Shown: positions 1-14,300, numbered from the stretch's first letter. The stretch: DNA of 64,000 nucleotides from Yuukianura sp. NJ FZ-2021 (GCA_046563655.1 CM102286.1:6448001-6512000), one strand, 5' to 3'. Notes: generated by a model not told the origin, from the letters alone. Translations and numbers: made by a program.

Positions 1-141
1 CAAAGTCGAGTGGTAACGTTGAATTCAACGTGCCTCATTACTGATGCATCGTAGACACTGAAACTTCAGTTCCTACTTTTGTTCCTTTGCGGATAGGCAA
101 TGTAGATAAAAGTTAAACGTAGAAAGCGCGGGGAAACGTAC

Positions 142-373
142 CGTGTTGCTTTTTGAATTTGCGGTTGGTCCAGTGCCTGACTCTCTATCGGCGTGCCTTC
201 CAGGAGCAACGGTGGGGCCTGAAGGAAGGAGTGGTGGGACGGATGTGCCAATGGCTTCGTTTCGTTCGAATGATGAGGTGCTCGAAGTCTTGTCGAGGTA
301 GAGTGGCTTAGGTTTGATGGGCAATTCGGTTCTGTCAGGAATCATTCCCATTCCATCTCCTGTTGACAAACTC
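142..373 (-). CDS. ASPP: ASPP coding exon (SLSTGDGMGMIPDRTELPIKPKPL...NSKSNT); gene continues left of the window
   Basis: aaacag| acceptor gives the phase-2 entry required by the previous exon; donor ACG|gtacgt; within ORF 73..441. Confidence 0.83.
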
Positions 374-760
374 CTGTTTTTCAAAAACGAGAAGAAAAGA
401 GTGAAAGCATGAGATGACTTTTTCTTGTATTTCGGTAGCAAAAACTGTGTTTCTAAAATACGCTATTTCCTTTCATTCAATTTTTTTTGTGAAAGACGTA
501 TGTATCATTAGTCACATAGTCATATCCAATTCCTTCCAGTCAAAAAAGAGAAAATAATGGGATTTCCGGTAACACGTCGGAGGTGAAAAGTGGTGCCAAA
601 GTGAAAGCAAGCTTCACTTTTTCCATTTTCCTTTCCACCTGATCTGCCATTACCGGCGCACTTAAAAAAATCTTATTCTGCATAACTAGCCGCGTATAAG
701 AACATAAAAAACTTATTTTTAAAAACTTCAGAATTTCCTTTTCAAAAACAGTTTTGTTAC

Positions 761-969
761 CTCATCTGGATATATGAGAACGAATCTCCATCTGAGATTT
801 GTCTCGACGGAGGTGCTGCTTTCGACGGTTTTGGTGGTAAGGCTGGTCTTGGATTCTTTCCATCTGTATTCGAATAATTCTGGTTTCCGACTGCGCCTCC
901 ATCAGAGCTACTTCCACTAATAGAACCATTACTTTCACCAGAAGAGGTCACGTCCCTTGTGGTCCCGCT
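761..969 (-). CDS. ASPP: ASPP coding exon, proline-rich (SGTTRDV...PRPALPPKPSKAAPPSRQ...YIQM)
   Basis: ctttttag| acceptor, AG|gtaac donor, phase 0 in and phase 2 out; PxxP motifs fit the ASPP proline-rich region. Confidence 0.87.
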
Positions 970-2164
970 CTAAAAAGTTAATGAAGAGAACATTTTCAAA
1001 ACCTCTTTGCATCGATGGACTTTTTGTATTCTGAACTTTAAGTGACTTTTCTCTCTGAGTTCTTCAACAACTTTAGGCGCTGGCGGAACTTTCCACTCAA
1101 AAACTGATTTTGAAAAGCTCAAAGATTTATTAAAGGGAAAAGTGAAAGCGCCTTTGGCTTTTTTCTTTCCTGTCTCCAAAAGTTTATTTCCGTAATTGCG
1201 TCCGGAGATGAGGTTCTTCCAGGTCACATCCCACAGAAACAAGTCCTTCCATTACTCATGTCCAGTCGTCTAATTCCTAGAGAATAGTTCCATGTGTCCT
1301 TGTGTATCCTAAAACCTCAGCATTTTCAGCTCCGTGAGCCGTACAGGGCCGTAACGTGTGTATACCTTGACCCTAAATCTTTGTATTCCAACGTTCAAAA
1401 GCCCTTTCAACTGTAATCCTTCCAGGATTTATCAAATGACCATTTCTCTCTCTGACTTTCTCCAACCCGTCACTAACTTCTACCCGGGTAGTTTAAGGTT
1501 TCTTTGGTAAGAGGTTGAGAATGGAAGCAATTTTGTAGTCAAAAACCGCATTGAGACTATATCAACAACCTTATTCCTTTCTGTGGAACTTTCAATGAAA
1601 GGATTTAGGACTGGAAACGACCTGATGGTCTTTTTATAGCGGTTTTCCAAAGGAACCGTGAAGCACTTCGTGGCACGGTGGTCCCTGAGAGACTGACGAC
1701 AATAAATCGCTGCCTGTCACCAAACGGCTTTAGGGACTGACAAAATCAAGGAGAAAATACAGCCAAGTTTCTAAACGCATTTAAGTATGGGGCTTTCGTT
1801 TGTTTCAAATCCATTGACTTTATAGGCAGCTGTGGACTTGGCTTGTTATTTCTAAACGCCAAAAATAACAAACCAGGACTTCAGGGGTAGGCCACTTCCA
1901 GTGTCCACTTTCAAAGGTCAACATGAACTCGGTAAAGAAAAGGATTTTGAAAGGTGGCGCTTGTCAAAACTGTCTCAAAATATTTTTGAAAAGTCACTTC
2001 GGACAATCACAAAAAAAAAGCAGTGGATAAAAGTTAATAGCATTTGACCTGTCAGCGCGTTCGGCTCGCCTATGCTTGTGCTGATGGATAAAGATAAAGC
2101 AGCAAATTCTCATGGAACGATCTTTCGCTGCAAAAAAAGATGATTAATCGTCGTTCAATGTTAC

Positions 2165-2704
2165 CTGACTATTGAAAATTCCTCCATTGACATCGGCATT
2201 ATGTGACGCTCCAGTGGGCAAGTAGTTACCCGGCCTAACTACTGGACATCCACCACTGTTCTCTGCCTCATGACTTCCAGAAATGGTTGACATGGGTTTC
2301 CCCTTTGGAGGGAGACCGTGTCCAATGCCATTTGACAAAACTGTCCCCGTAGAGTCCGTGAGGATGTTGCTATTATTGGCACTTTTGGTATTCTGATGAT
2401 TTTGGTGGAGGACTTGATGAAAATTGTTTCCAAAACTGTTCATCAACTTGTTTCCGGTTGCAACTTGAGGCTGTTGGTGATGATGATCTAGATTGATGAT
2501 CTGCATCTGTTGGATGGCCTTGTCAAATTTTGCTACTTGGTCTTGGACATGTTTGTTCTGGTTCTGGATTAGAGGCGGCTCTTGGTAGTTTTGCGTCAAT
2601 TGTTTGACACCGAACGGCGTAAACTTGGCATTGTAAGGCAGAGTTTGATATTTTGAGTCATTCTTTGTTGGTACTCCGTTTTCCAGAAAATCTTCCACGT
2701 TTTC
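2165..2704 (-). CDS. ASPP: ASPP coding exon, low-complexity middle region (ENVEDFL...KYQTLPYNAKF...GIFNSQ)
   Basis: Within ORF 2144..2758; ttttcag| acceptor, CAG|gtaac donor, 180 codons, phase 0/0, Q/N/H-rich. Confidence 0.88.
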
Positions 2705-4407
2705 CTGAAAAGAAATTATCCACAAACTCATTAAGTCATATGGTTTTCCAAATTTCAATTATGGCCTACTCGATATTTACTTTCACAGTTGTCAAATATT
2801 TGTTTTCAACTTAAAAAAGTTTTTGTCAAAACTCGAAAGTTTACCTCTGTGTTTACTTTCCCCCTTTGGACCATTTTCTAAAAAAAATTTTTGAACACTT
2901 CAAAAACTTTAATTACTCCGCGTTTCAATATTACGAAAACACTCAAAACTTCAAAAGACTTCTCCGCTTATTCCAGTTGGATCCTAGTTTCAGGAAAACC
3001 CAACATTGTAATTTCGAAAATTTAGAAAGGCCACAGAAATTAAAATTTAAATCATCACTCTCCTGCCAAAAGTAGTTTGCACCGAAGTGCTTGAAAAAAA
3101 CTTGATGTTACTTTTGTTACTGTTCCTATTTTGTAACACTGACGTGTGTATGCAAGACAACGGTTTCTCACCAAAAATTTCGTGAAAGGTAAAAGATTTA
3201 ATGGCAATCGTAAAACTTTCTACGAGGCACGGATTCTTTTCCATCTCACAACCTAATCGCGGCTTCCTTTCTTCTGTCGGACCAAGAGAAAGTTATAAAC
3301 GCTGCATAATAGAACACAGAAAAACAAAAAACATGAGAAACTTTTATGCCGCCTTGTTTTTTACACCCGAGAAGTGGAAATTCGAATAGCAGGAGATATT
3401 TAAGTAATTGGTCACTAGGGAAAAGCAACGCGAAATAAAGAACATTAGCATGGCTTCCAGCACCTGGTTTTTACAAGTTCCCGGATTTTTTTTTTAAACT
3501 GCTTTTTATATCTAACCAAGACAAAAAAAAAGTACGGTGGTAATGGGAAAAACCAAGAAAGCATACCGTTGTGATTCATTAGCTTTTGGGGGGTTTTTAG
3601 AACCTTCGTCTGAGCTATTTCACTCTCAAAAAATGTTCCGCCGGGTATCGCCAATTAAAAAGTTTCAGTTTAGAAGTTTGGCGGCACAGGACGAAGTTTT
3701 TTCGGGAAAGTTGTTGCTTTTTCTAGGAAGTAACAACTAGGAACTACTACCATAAGGAAAAGTTTTGTGAAACGACAAAGTCCTTGGTAGACATGAGTAA
3801 CGTGCCAGATTTGTCTAACAGGGTTCTGACGCAAGAAAAAAAAGATAACAAGACAAGCATCGGGATTAAAGCTCAGCTTTGTCAGAAAATCATTTCGACA
3901 AAACACCATTTCCAAAAAGTGTCTTAATTAACAGTTCTCTGCTAAAATTTCCCACTCAAAAGAGGCTATTGGAGCACGCTTCAATGAAGTTCTGAGAAGT
4001 ACAAAGACACAGCAACTGCTGTTCTGTTTGAACGTTTGACTTTTTTGTCACCTAGAACAAAGAAAATGCTCAGCATTCGGTTCAGTTACTGCAGCGTTTA
4101 GAATAACAAGTGGCAGCGGCAGCAAATGTTTGCACTTTTGAACCTTTACAGCTTGTCACTCATGAATTTTAATGATTTTTTCACACGCTTTCCACACGAG
4201 GCACTCGGAGTGTCACTTAAATTTCTAGAGTGTTTCTCCATTTCATTTGAAGTTCCAAAAATTCTGTTACAAGTGTCCTGCCACGTCAAAATTGGTTCTT
4301 CCAAGAAACTGGACTACTGAACTTTTTTTTAGATATGATTTTCCCGTAGACGAATTAGCAACCGTAGTGAGGTTAATAAGTTACATAACAGTGTAGTAGG
4401 AAATTAC

Positions 4408-4581
4408 CTGCTGTTTGAGCGTTGCTGCTAATTGGTGATTTAGAAATCTTTTTCGGTGAAGCCGTTCTTGTAGTTCAGCAATTCTGCGGTCGACTCTGTT
4501 GGCTTCCTCTTGTCTCTGACTCAACTTGGCTCTCTGGTCTGCTACTCGACAAGCTTGTGCTTCCCGTAGCTTCTGACGATA
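4408..4581 (-). CDS. ASPP: ASPP coding exon (YRQKLREAQ...VDRRIAELQERLHRKRFLNHQLAATLKQQ)
   Basis: ttttgacag| acceptor, CAG|gtaatt donor, 58 open codons, phase 0/0; continues the conserved RREL(M)-YR..L...D.RI.EL.ERL..K motif. Confidence 0.92.
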
Positions 4582-7368
4582 CTGTCAAAAACGAAAAACA
4601 ATGGGAATGAATTAATGAAAATATGGCTGGTAAGGTAAGGTTGGGCTAGGCACTTTGGGTTATTTCTTTCAAAACTTTCTTTTGTTTCAAGCGAGTGACA
4701 CGTTGGGGAGTCAAGTAACGAGGAGAAACCGCCAAGGAAAGGAAGAAAACCGCCTTTTACACTTTCTTTGGCTCATAATAAGAACATGGTCTTTCACTCA
4801 ACTTTCCCTGCCAACGTTCAATTTCCACAGTCAAATATTAATCTTTCAGGCAGTTCGCTACCAACAAACCACATGCTTGTGTTATTTAACACTTTTAGGA
4901 AGTTAACACACTGTGACAGATTAGTTGCAAGGTAGTTTTCACCTTCATCTCCGTCTTACCACCAAGTTTCCATAATTTCAAAACATTTTAATTACTACTT
5001 TTTTTCCAAAATTAAAAGTTTTTTTTTAAGTTTTGAACTTCTTTTTAAATACATTCCGAAAAACAATATTACAAAAACTCTGTTTTGAGATATCAAACTC
5101 ATTTTTAGCGAACTTAAGCTCGTAACGACCTTTCATAAAAGTTAAAATTTTGAAATTCTTTTAAGTTATGTCTAAATTGACAGTTCTTGAACAACCGAGC
5201 AAGCATAGGAAAAAATCGCATTCTTGCCGAGTGTTTTTGAGTTTAAAAGATGAGGAAAGTTTAATGTTGAAAATCTCGTTAACATAATTTTCTCTTCGTA
5301 TCAGTAACTTCTACTCGCAGCATCACTATATGGAACGTCAATGCCCAAACTTTCTCCTAACCCGCCCTTGCAGGAACAAATGTGACACTGAAGATGTATG
5401 GCGTGTGAAAGTACACGCCCAAGATCTTTGGCGCTCAATTCATCTCCACTTTCATCACTTCCAGGGACAAAGTCGTCACTAAAAGATATAAGTTCCACTC
5501 AAAGAAAAGCGAAGAAAAGTTAAATCTGAGACGTAGAGAGACTGAAAGTTCTTAGTCTCGGAGCCTTAATGCATTTCAACGAAGGTTTTTGCCTCCAGAC
5601 CCGTTTTTCATTTCGCGCCAGTACAGAGAGAACCTAAAGTGTAAGATTTACCTTCCACAAAGTCTAAACTCAATCCAGGACTTTGCGGAACCACCGGTGG
5701 AGAAAGTAACTAAAAAAAGTTCCTTTACTTTTGCTTTGAGTAACTCCTTGGATGTCGAGAGACACAAAGAAAACTTTTCAATGAAGACGTTAATAGTTAT
5801 GTGAAGACCATTCTCACACTTTCTTCTTTCCAGCCCCGTTTTTTCCCCAAATTACCACATGAATTCTCATTGTCCGTTCCTGAACTTTGACACTTCTCGG
5901 CTCTGCCCAGTTTGTTATCCTTAAAGTTACAACCTAACCTGAGTTCAATTGTCTTTCAAATAAGAAAATCCACCTCCCGATGCGAAAGCGGATCCTAAAA
6001 TTGAAGGCACTGCTTTCTCTTCCTTAAATTGAATTACAAACATTTTCTAACAACTCATCTCAACAAAATCTGGCAAGGATATTGGACCAGTTTGGGCCAA
6101 AATTTTCAAAGTCGGTCTCCATGCTGACTCTAACATTTTTGTCAAGTGCAAGTAATGTTTCCAATAATTCTAAATTGAATTTGTGAACAAGATGGACTGC
6201 ATTGGCAGGCATTGCTAACACTTTATTGAAAAGACAAAGCGAGGCTTAGAGTGAGTTCTGCTTCTTGGCTACATATACCAATACCATGAAATAATTCTAA
6301 GCATCTGACACGCTGAAACTTTTCCAAAAGGTCACTGACCTCTCCAAAATTCGTATCACCTACTAATGTCTATAGAAAAGATATTTTTAGTGTTGAATGC
6401 CTCACTGCTAGAGTGCTAGATCACCCACGACTGTTTGACTCTACCTCGAAGTCGAGAAAATGTTTACAACTTATGTTAAACCTTCAAGTTTATGTGGGAA
6501 TGAGCAGAATTTGAAGTTTAGACTTGGTTCGAAGTTTGTTTAAGAAGAAGCGTTTAGAATGAAGATGTTATTCTATGTCTTTGTCTTGCAAAGTTGAAAT
6601 GAGCCCTTCTTATAAACTGAATAGACAACGGAATAGGAGCTAGACTATATTTCTAGACTTCTCAGGTTTCATTCCCAGAATTGTTGTTGCAAACTTTCTG
6701 TCTAAGTATTTCGCATAACCCGGCAGTAGTAAAAGCCTAGTCTCATTCTAAAACTTATTCTAAACTTTAAAAAAGAAGCGTTTTTACAATTGAGTGCAGC
6801 TGCTCAACGTAATACGATTTAAACAATTTATTTTTACAATGAACTAAAAGCACAGGCGGAAGAAAAGACGACACAACTTTCTCTCTGCAGCCCCTAACAA
6901 TTTCCAATTCTGTTCTTAACTTTTGACAATAGAGACAGTGGAAGAAAGTTGCATACAAAAGGACTTTGTGTTAAAGAGGCAAAACCAGCTTTCACTCTGC
7001 CTTCACTGTAGTACAAAGTTTGGACTTTGAAGATTTAGGCTCCACCAGTTCGTTGCATCAACATTTTAGCTCTATGTTTTACAGGGAAGGCAGGAATTAT
7101 GTCACACAATTTAGCATTCTCTCTCTTGCAGAAATTCGCAACAGACACATAAGTCGGGATCGTTTGCTATCCCGGAGGTGCTATTTTAGCCAAAAGTGTC
7201 AACGGAACGAACACCACCTCCATTAGGAAACGCCGTTGTAATTAAATGGGACAAATAAGCGCCGACAGGAATGTGTTAACAGCATTATTCTACCCTGGAG
7301 GACCTTGCTAGTGCTAAAACCAGCATGAACCATTGCTAGATCTACAGAAACAAACTACTTTGACTTAC

Positions 7369-7583
7369 CATAAGCTCACGACGAAGCTTGTCGAGCTCAA
7401 CGGAAGCTGGAGATTGGCCATTACTTCCAGGATGATTGGACAACGTCGCATTTCCATCTTTACCAGGCCCACCACGTCGTAAGTCTTCCAGTTGACGAGT
7501 CAATTCATCAACTTTGGCTACAGCTACAGAAAGCTCCTTTTCCTTTTCATTAAAGACAGCCCGAAGTGACTCGAGATCAGAAC
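7369..7583 (-). CDS. ASPP: ASPP coding exon (SDLESLRAVFNEKEKELSVAVAKVDELTRQLEDLRRG...ELDKLRRELM)
   Basis: Not in the ORF track; translated by hand. tttgcag| acceptor, ATG|gtaagt donor, phase 1 in and phase 0 out; conserved ASPP coiled-coil motif EKEKEL..AVAKV..LT.QLE.LR. Confidence 0.93.
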
Positions 7584-10500
7584 CTGCAAATTACAGAAAT
7601 TAATTAAAATTTGGGTAAACTGTATACACTTGGGATACGTTTTCATTTTCGTCACGACATAAGAACCAGCAGCATGCAGCAACTTAATTTCCAAAATGGG
7701 CGTGTTAGTTGTACGTTGATGACTTTCAATTACTTTCACTCACGCGTCTAAACCAGTTTTCTAATTTCGATATTCCAAAAACTTGACTAAAAAAATTCTT
7801 TGCTCCTGACATTAAGTTCGGTTAGTTAAACCAACATCAGTACTCTTCTTATAACTCTTTTCTGCAACAAAATCTGAATAGTTTAGAAAATTATTAGAAA
7901 AGTCATATTTAGAACTCTTATATTTTCAATATTTCTAATTCTAATTGAAATTTTAATGGTCTATTTTTACGGTTATGAAATTATAGATTTGGAAATAACT
8001 CAATACCCGAGCTTATAACTTATTCAAATATTTTTTTGCAAATAGATCTGTCAAAATGGTTCCATTTTAGTTCAATTTCGAAAAATTGGAAGTTTTGGAA
8101 CGTTTATGTTAGGATCAATAGAAAACACAAAATTGGTTTTTCGTAAAAGCCATAACCTATGGTTCCGTTTGATGTTATGTTTGCAAGAAAGAAGAAAGTC
8201 TAAACAAAATTAAGAGCCATTTATATACGGACGGGTGCTGTAATTAAAAGGAGGAGGAATAGCAGTGTTTATTACAGAAATGGATTAAAGCCGCCATGTG
8301 GATCGATTCAGATACCCAAAAGGATAGAACGTATGGCAGAGAGGAAAAGTTAGACAAGAAAATACGGGAGTATTCTTGAATAAAAACTTTCTGCCTTTGT
8401 CTAGAGGCCGTTTTATAGTTAACGTTCGGAATGATATGCCAAGACAACTTTTTTAAGTTGGAAAATACAAAAAAAAAACCTACTCATTTTACACTGTACG
8501 GTGTAACAGAAACAACCTAGCTTTTAAAACTAGGTCACTGGGATTCTTTTTCTGCGAGAAATAGAGTTAAAAAAGAAAGTGAAAACTCTTACTCTCCTTC
8601 AGCCTTATGTTTACTTTCACTTTTTGTCGTGGGAAGAGAATAAAAATTCTTAAGTTACAGTGTACTAGTAGTACTGTTGGAAAGATAAAACGTAGAATGG
8701 AAATGCCTCACGGCTTATTTTTTAACTAGACCAGTAGAGTGAACGTAATGGAAAAATGAAGTGGGATGGAGGAGCATTAAGCCGTGGCTGTCGACTGGAA
8801 AGTGAACTTGACGCAGGAAAGTACTACGCAGCTACACTTATTCGTTTGGCAACAAACCAACAGGCCGAAATACTGTCGAGAGCTGCTATGTTAGAAATGA
8901 CGAAACCTTGATTTTTTCTACCCGGGTGACAACGACGACATAAGCTCAAACTTTCACTTTCCAACCAACACTTAAGTGTTAGCGAGGAAAGTACTTTAGA
9001 TAAAAACCAAACTGCCACTTTCGCCGGTCTTGTCAACGGCCTTTACGCCCATTAAAGCTTTTCAAAAAAAAGGGTCCCGCGCTGGAGCTTAATTAATGTC
9101 GAAACCGTTTTGAATTTTTCACTTTCCAACAACTTTTAAATTTTTGAACAGAAAAAAAACAAGCTTAGGTTTTCCTAAAAGATTGCGAAACTTCAAAAAA
9201 AAAATCAAAATTTTGAAATACGTTTTTTTCTCTTTCAAATTAGCTGAAAAGAAGTACGCGAAATATCAAGACTTTGACACTGACAGCGTCGCGCCGGAGG
9301 AGTTACAACTGATTTAAGTCGTTGAATGTCAACTTTAAGAAAGTTGGTGTCAAATTAAGTCCTTAAGATGATAGTTTCCTACAAAGTTTGAAACCAAGGT
9401 GACCTGGTGGTTTGAAGTGTCAAAATCTGCGTAGAGAGTTTTGTGCAGAAAAAGGAACACGCTTTCACTTTAAATTTAACTTTAAAAGAACACCGCTCCG
9501 AAAACTGGGATCTGAACGTTTGCCCCGGTTTCTAGATTTCGTGCTAGTTTCAACACAAAGGGGCCTTTAGACACACAACTTCTGGTTTTAATTGCCCTTG
9601 GGCTGGCACTTCAACTTGGTTTTTAGTACCTCCTTAGAGACACACTAGCCTCCTCAAATGCAGTTAAAACAACAGGGACTTCTGAATGCAAAGTACTTTC
9701 ACCGAAATTACCAACGACTGGAAGTGAATGAACGTGACAGGTATGCATATGGGCGAAAGGCCGCTCTGTACTTTGTTACTTCACCTTAAGCCAGTTTTGT
9801 TTTCAGTTGCCATTTTGGAATTACCTTTTAGTAAACAAATACTTTCTCCGGTCAGGAAGGCTTAAAGTATTTCCCAACATCGTGCTGCGTAAGTTTAAAT
9901 TAAAGACAAAAAACCGGTTTACCTTTTTCCAAACTCTTTCGAAATACAAAAAAAAACTGAGAGCCGAGCGTGCTGAGTCACTTTCTTTCCTTTGAAAATT
10001 CCGAGTCAGTTTTCTCTTATACAAAAAATAGAACTAATACGATTACTACTTTAGGTTAGGACTCGGATTTCGGAATCTTGTCAATTAAGAAGAAGATTTT
10101 GATTCATCAGCACAGTGTCCCTGAAGTTGGCAGGAGTGAAAGTCACTAAGTTAGAACAAGTAGGCACTCAAGCCCATTACTCGAAAAGATTTCAGTGGTG
10201 ACTTTAATTGAACATAAAGTGGACAAGGAAAGAGCAGAGGAAGTTCCGCGCTCACTCCTTTATTCAAAGGGAGGTCAAAGTGTTGGTTTCTCGTTGAAGT
10301 GGTTAGGTTAGGTTTTGGACCCATTTTGAGGGAAAGCTAAGAGCCTGATTAAGAACCCAGGAGCTTCTGGAAGCCTAGTTTTCTTCAGTCGTGGGTTCTT
10401 GAAAGTCTAAGTTCAGTCTTAATTAAAGTGGCAAATGAGGATAACGGAAAGTGAAAGTGAAACTCTCCACTTCCACTACAGCTTAAAATGCAATTTAAAC

Positions 10501-11058
10501 AGAAAGCTACGGGAATTCTTTTAGAAATCCAACACTCAGTTTTCTCTTTCACTTTTCTCCCGTGAACCCAAACTCCTGTCTCTCCAGATTTTATCCTGTG
10601 CTTCACTATAGTACAGACTTAAGCTTTCACTTTTAATGTAAATGAGGATATCTAATGAAATTAAGGCAAGGGGTTAATCATCACCACATGAAGGACTTTC
10701 TCACGAAAAAAAGTAGAGGCAAAATTCGATTATCTTCAGTCTACTTTAAAGAAAAGCCGACTGCCAAAGCACTTTCCTTTCAAAATCTTTTTGAAAATCT
10801 CAACATTTAACTTAACTTACTTTTAGTCTACTTAACTTTGAAATTACTACTTGTTTCAAGTAATTTTGCTCTGATCAAGTTTAGAAAAAGAAAAATAGGA
10901 AAAGTTTCGAAAACGAGTTTCGCAATTAAGAACTTTCTCGCGATTTCACCATAATACATGTCGCAAGTTAAAAAAATAACTCCGTTTGAAAAACGCTTAA
11001 AAAAACTCCCAGAATAAAAAAAAATGCAAAAATTAAAACAATTTTTAGTGTGACTTAC

Positions 11059-11308
11059 TGAGAACGGAGTTGCCATTTTTGTTGGACTGGACTTTGCCAC
11101 GGAGTGCCCTCAGTTTGCGAAGTCGTTCTTCCTGCGTCGCCACTTTTTCGCGTAAACGCAGAAGTCGTTCAGCTTCTCCACCTGATTTGAGGTATCGCAG
11201 TCGTTGTGCTTTAGCAGCTAGCAGTTGTTCCTGTGTTTCTAGTTGCCGAGCTTGCCGGGCTGCCATGTCCTCCAGTTCTGATATGCTTAGCCCACAATTC
11301 TCCGAAAG
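11059..11308 (-). CDS. ASPP: ASPP coding exon, N-terminal coiled coil (LSENCGLSISELEDMAARQARQLETQEQLLAAKAQRLRYLK...LRALRGKV)
   Basis: Matches the conserved ASPP1/ASPP2 segment LTLSELQDMAARQQQQIE..QQ.L..KEQRL..LK. Bounded by tttgcag| and A|gtaagt; phase 0 in, phase 1 out. Confidence 0.93.
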
Positions 11309-14300
11309 CTGCAAATACAAAAATCAGAATGTCGCTTAGAATTGGTTACAGATTTATGCCAGAAAAGAATTCTTAGGAATAGTCAGCCCTAGGCAATTTT
11401 TTTCTTCTAGTCAACCACAACTCCGTGATAGTGAATTATCCTCCATCAGTGCCTCAATCAACTTCAATTATCAACTCCACCCAGTGCCGGGAGAAAAGGC
11501 GACGGAAACTTTAAATCTGACTCCATGTCAAGTCACAAGGATCCAAATCTCCTTTTAATGATCTGTCGTAAAGCGTTCCGAGAAAAGTAGCACTGGAAAG
11601 CGTTTTCAGCGTTCCTTTTAGTTACTTTCTAATGTGTGTCTAAAAGTGTTTAATGGCCTGCTACCCCAGGGGGCGTTCCGGCCCTTGATTACAACTTGGA
11701 ACTTATTCTTATGGGTTCACCAAAACTTAAAGGTGAAAGGAGTAGATTAGGAGTGAAGGGCTGGAGGGAATTTTCAAATTTTGTAGCTACTTTAGCTCAA
11801 AGTTTCCTATCATACCACCACCGTTTTTAACAGTTTTTGAAACAAATGGGTTAAAAACTTTTTCGTTTTTCAAAAAAGAAGGCCAGCATACGAGAACCAA
11901 ACTTTACTAAAGATGTCAAACTTAGAAATTAGTTCTCCGGGCGCGCCCTCATGCATATCCATGCTTGCTCCATACAGCTAGCTACTCCGCCCTCATAAAT
12001 TACCAGGTTGTCTCAAATTACAAAACATTAAAAAATGTATACGCACCAGGTCAAAAACTTTCTCTTTCATGAAAAATCGCTTTAAAAAATGTAAAATTAG
12101 AATTTAACGTCGTGGAACGACTGTGAGACAGTCAAGGGGAGAAAGAGAAGGGATGAAGCTTATGGCATGGCAAATCCTTCACCATTGTGAGAACATAAGA
12201 AAAAGAAGAAACTTTGCCGAGCAGTTCTTTGGCACTGATAAATCGCCTTCTACCAAAATATGCTTTCAAAGTGGAACAGTTATTTCTTTTTTTCATTTTT
12301 TAAAAAAACAGAACAGGTCATTCCTACGTTTTGGAACGTTGAACAGTTCTCTTACAAAAACGTAAAAAATGAACAAAGTTCTCAGGTTTTTTGAGCCTGT
12401 CAAAAATAAATGTCTCAAGTTCTCTTCTTTTCTTCAAATGACGGTAAATCCCTCGTTGAAAGAAAGAAGTTTTTCAAAAGAGAGAAAATATGTGAAACTT
12501 CAAACGTGTTTATTCACTTTTTTTTAACAAACTTAAACTTCTGGAGCACTTGTGTGGCGGATTTCAAATTTTCTTTCATATTGATCACACTTGAGAAATG
12601 GAGAAAGCAATCCCTATAATTTTCAAAATTATTATAATTTTACCAATTTTTAATCAATGACCAACGATTTTCCAAATAGAAGCTTGACTCACGGAAACTT
12701 CAAATAAAAACAAAAGCTGTTTCAAACTATTTTTTTTTATTCTCTAGAAGGCATATAGGCGAAGCGATGAATCGATCAGCATCTGAGCACTTTTCCTGCT
12801 TTTTCCCTCTAAGTTTAAAATAGATTTGAATCTAGGAAGTGGATCTTTCGGATCAATTTTTACGTTTCCGTCTTTCAGTACACTTTAGGGAAAAAACTTT
12901 GCAAGTTGCAGCGGCCGAAAAAAGAGCAGTTGAACCCTGCGATTGTATGTTACAGCTGCAGTGGGAAACGGTTTCAGACCGCTGAAAGGTTTAAAATCCC
13001 CTGAATGAACAAGGGAAGAGAAAGTGTTTGTACTTTCTACTCGATTGAATACTATTGAATCCTCAAAATCCTTTTCTCTCCGAAGTTCTTAGGATTTGTT
13101 CCTATGCAGAATTGCTACACAGGGACTTTCCTCTGTTCTTTTTTCAACTGCTATCAATTGTTCAAAAAAGAACTAGAACTAGCAGCATTTGAACAACTTT
13201 CAAAACCTAACATGGTTCACTGTGTGAAAGGAAACACGGTTCACACCTTTTAGCACTTTGATCATTCTGTTCTTTTCTCAGCCAAAAGGAAATGAAATTC
13301 AAGATGACAATTTAAACCATTTCAATTTTCTTTTTCAATTTCTTCGTATAGATTATTCACAAATTCGAATGCTAGAACAAAGTTCGCGGTTGCGCTTGAA
13401 TTTGTTTAAAACTCATGCTTACCAAAGGCCGACTTAAGTTCTAAACTCTAAGAGTTTTCTAGGATTAGTCCTCCAGTAAAAAAAAAACTTATGCATTTTT
13501 CATTTTCCAGAGAAAACTGGATCTAATAAATCACTAACCGCTGGGACAGCGCGAGACCCTGTGACACTGTGACCGTTGTGTGGGCCACAGAGCGCGCCAA
13601 AAGTCGACGGCCTCAAACTTACCTAATGGTGACAAATGCTAAACTGAAAAAGTCAAGGAGGCAAATGAGAAAACAGGCAAAAGGTCCGGATAGAATTTCC
13701 ATTTTTTCAAAAAAGTGTTGCTTGAGAGTCTCGTAGAGTCTCAACCCTGCCTGCACATGCGGAACGGTGTACGGTGGTGGCTGCCAGAGAAAGTCCTCAC
13801 TTTGATCTACGACCACAATCTAAATTCAAAATCTAGCGCTCCTACTACTCTCTCGCCTTTAAGTCCCACAGTGGGTTCCTACTGCGTCTCTTACGCAAGG
13901 AAGTACGCCTCAAATGCGGAGCATATGCTTCATCATCCTAAAGGCTTCAACCATTTCTCCATTGTCTTGGCTTTCTCCCATCAAAAATCCCTTTTGGTTA
14001 AAACAACATAACGCCGAAATGAACTTTTGATCATCCGCGGCTCCGCACGCTTAGCTCAAATCCTCAATTTCAGTTCAAACATAATTTCCAAAAAAAAAAA
14101 AATTGCCGAAAAAAAAACACATCGGAAACTTTTTTTTTAAATTCAACCGTAAAACATAATCTAGCTGACCTCACACGGAAGCCGCACAAGACCAGACGTG
14201 CATACGTAAAAAAATTCGAAACGAATTGACAAACCAAAGAAGCGTAGTTTTTTTTTCGCAACTTGACGTGTTAGCATTAAAAAAAACGTTTCTGAAAAAT

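Noticed and set aside
16..31. 16-bp palindrome ACGTTGAATTCAACGT
   Set aside because: Isolated intronic palindrome with no supporting context; plausible by chance.
11070..11339. 89-aa plus-strand ORF
   Set aside because: Antisense shadow of the conserved ASPP exon.
13423..13432. 10-nt microexon that would repair the phase of the 13.6 kb candidate exon
   Set aside because: The donor is good (G|gtaagc) but the acceptor has no pyrimidine tract; not supportable without reads.
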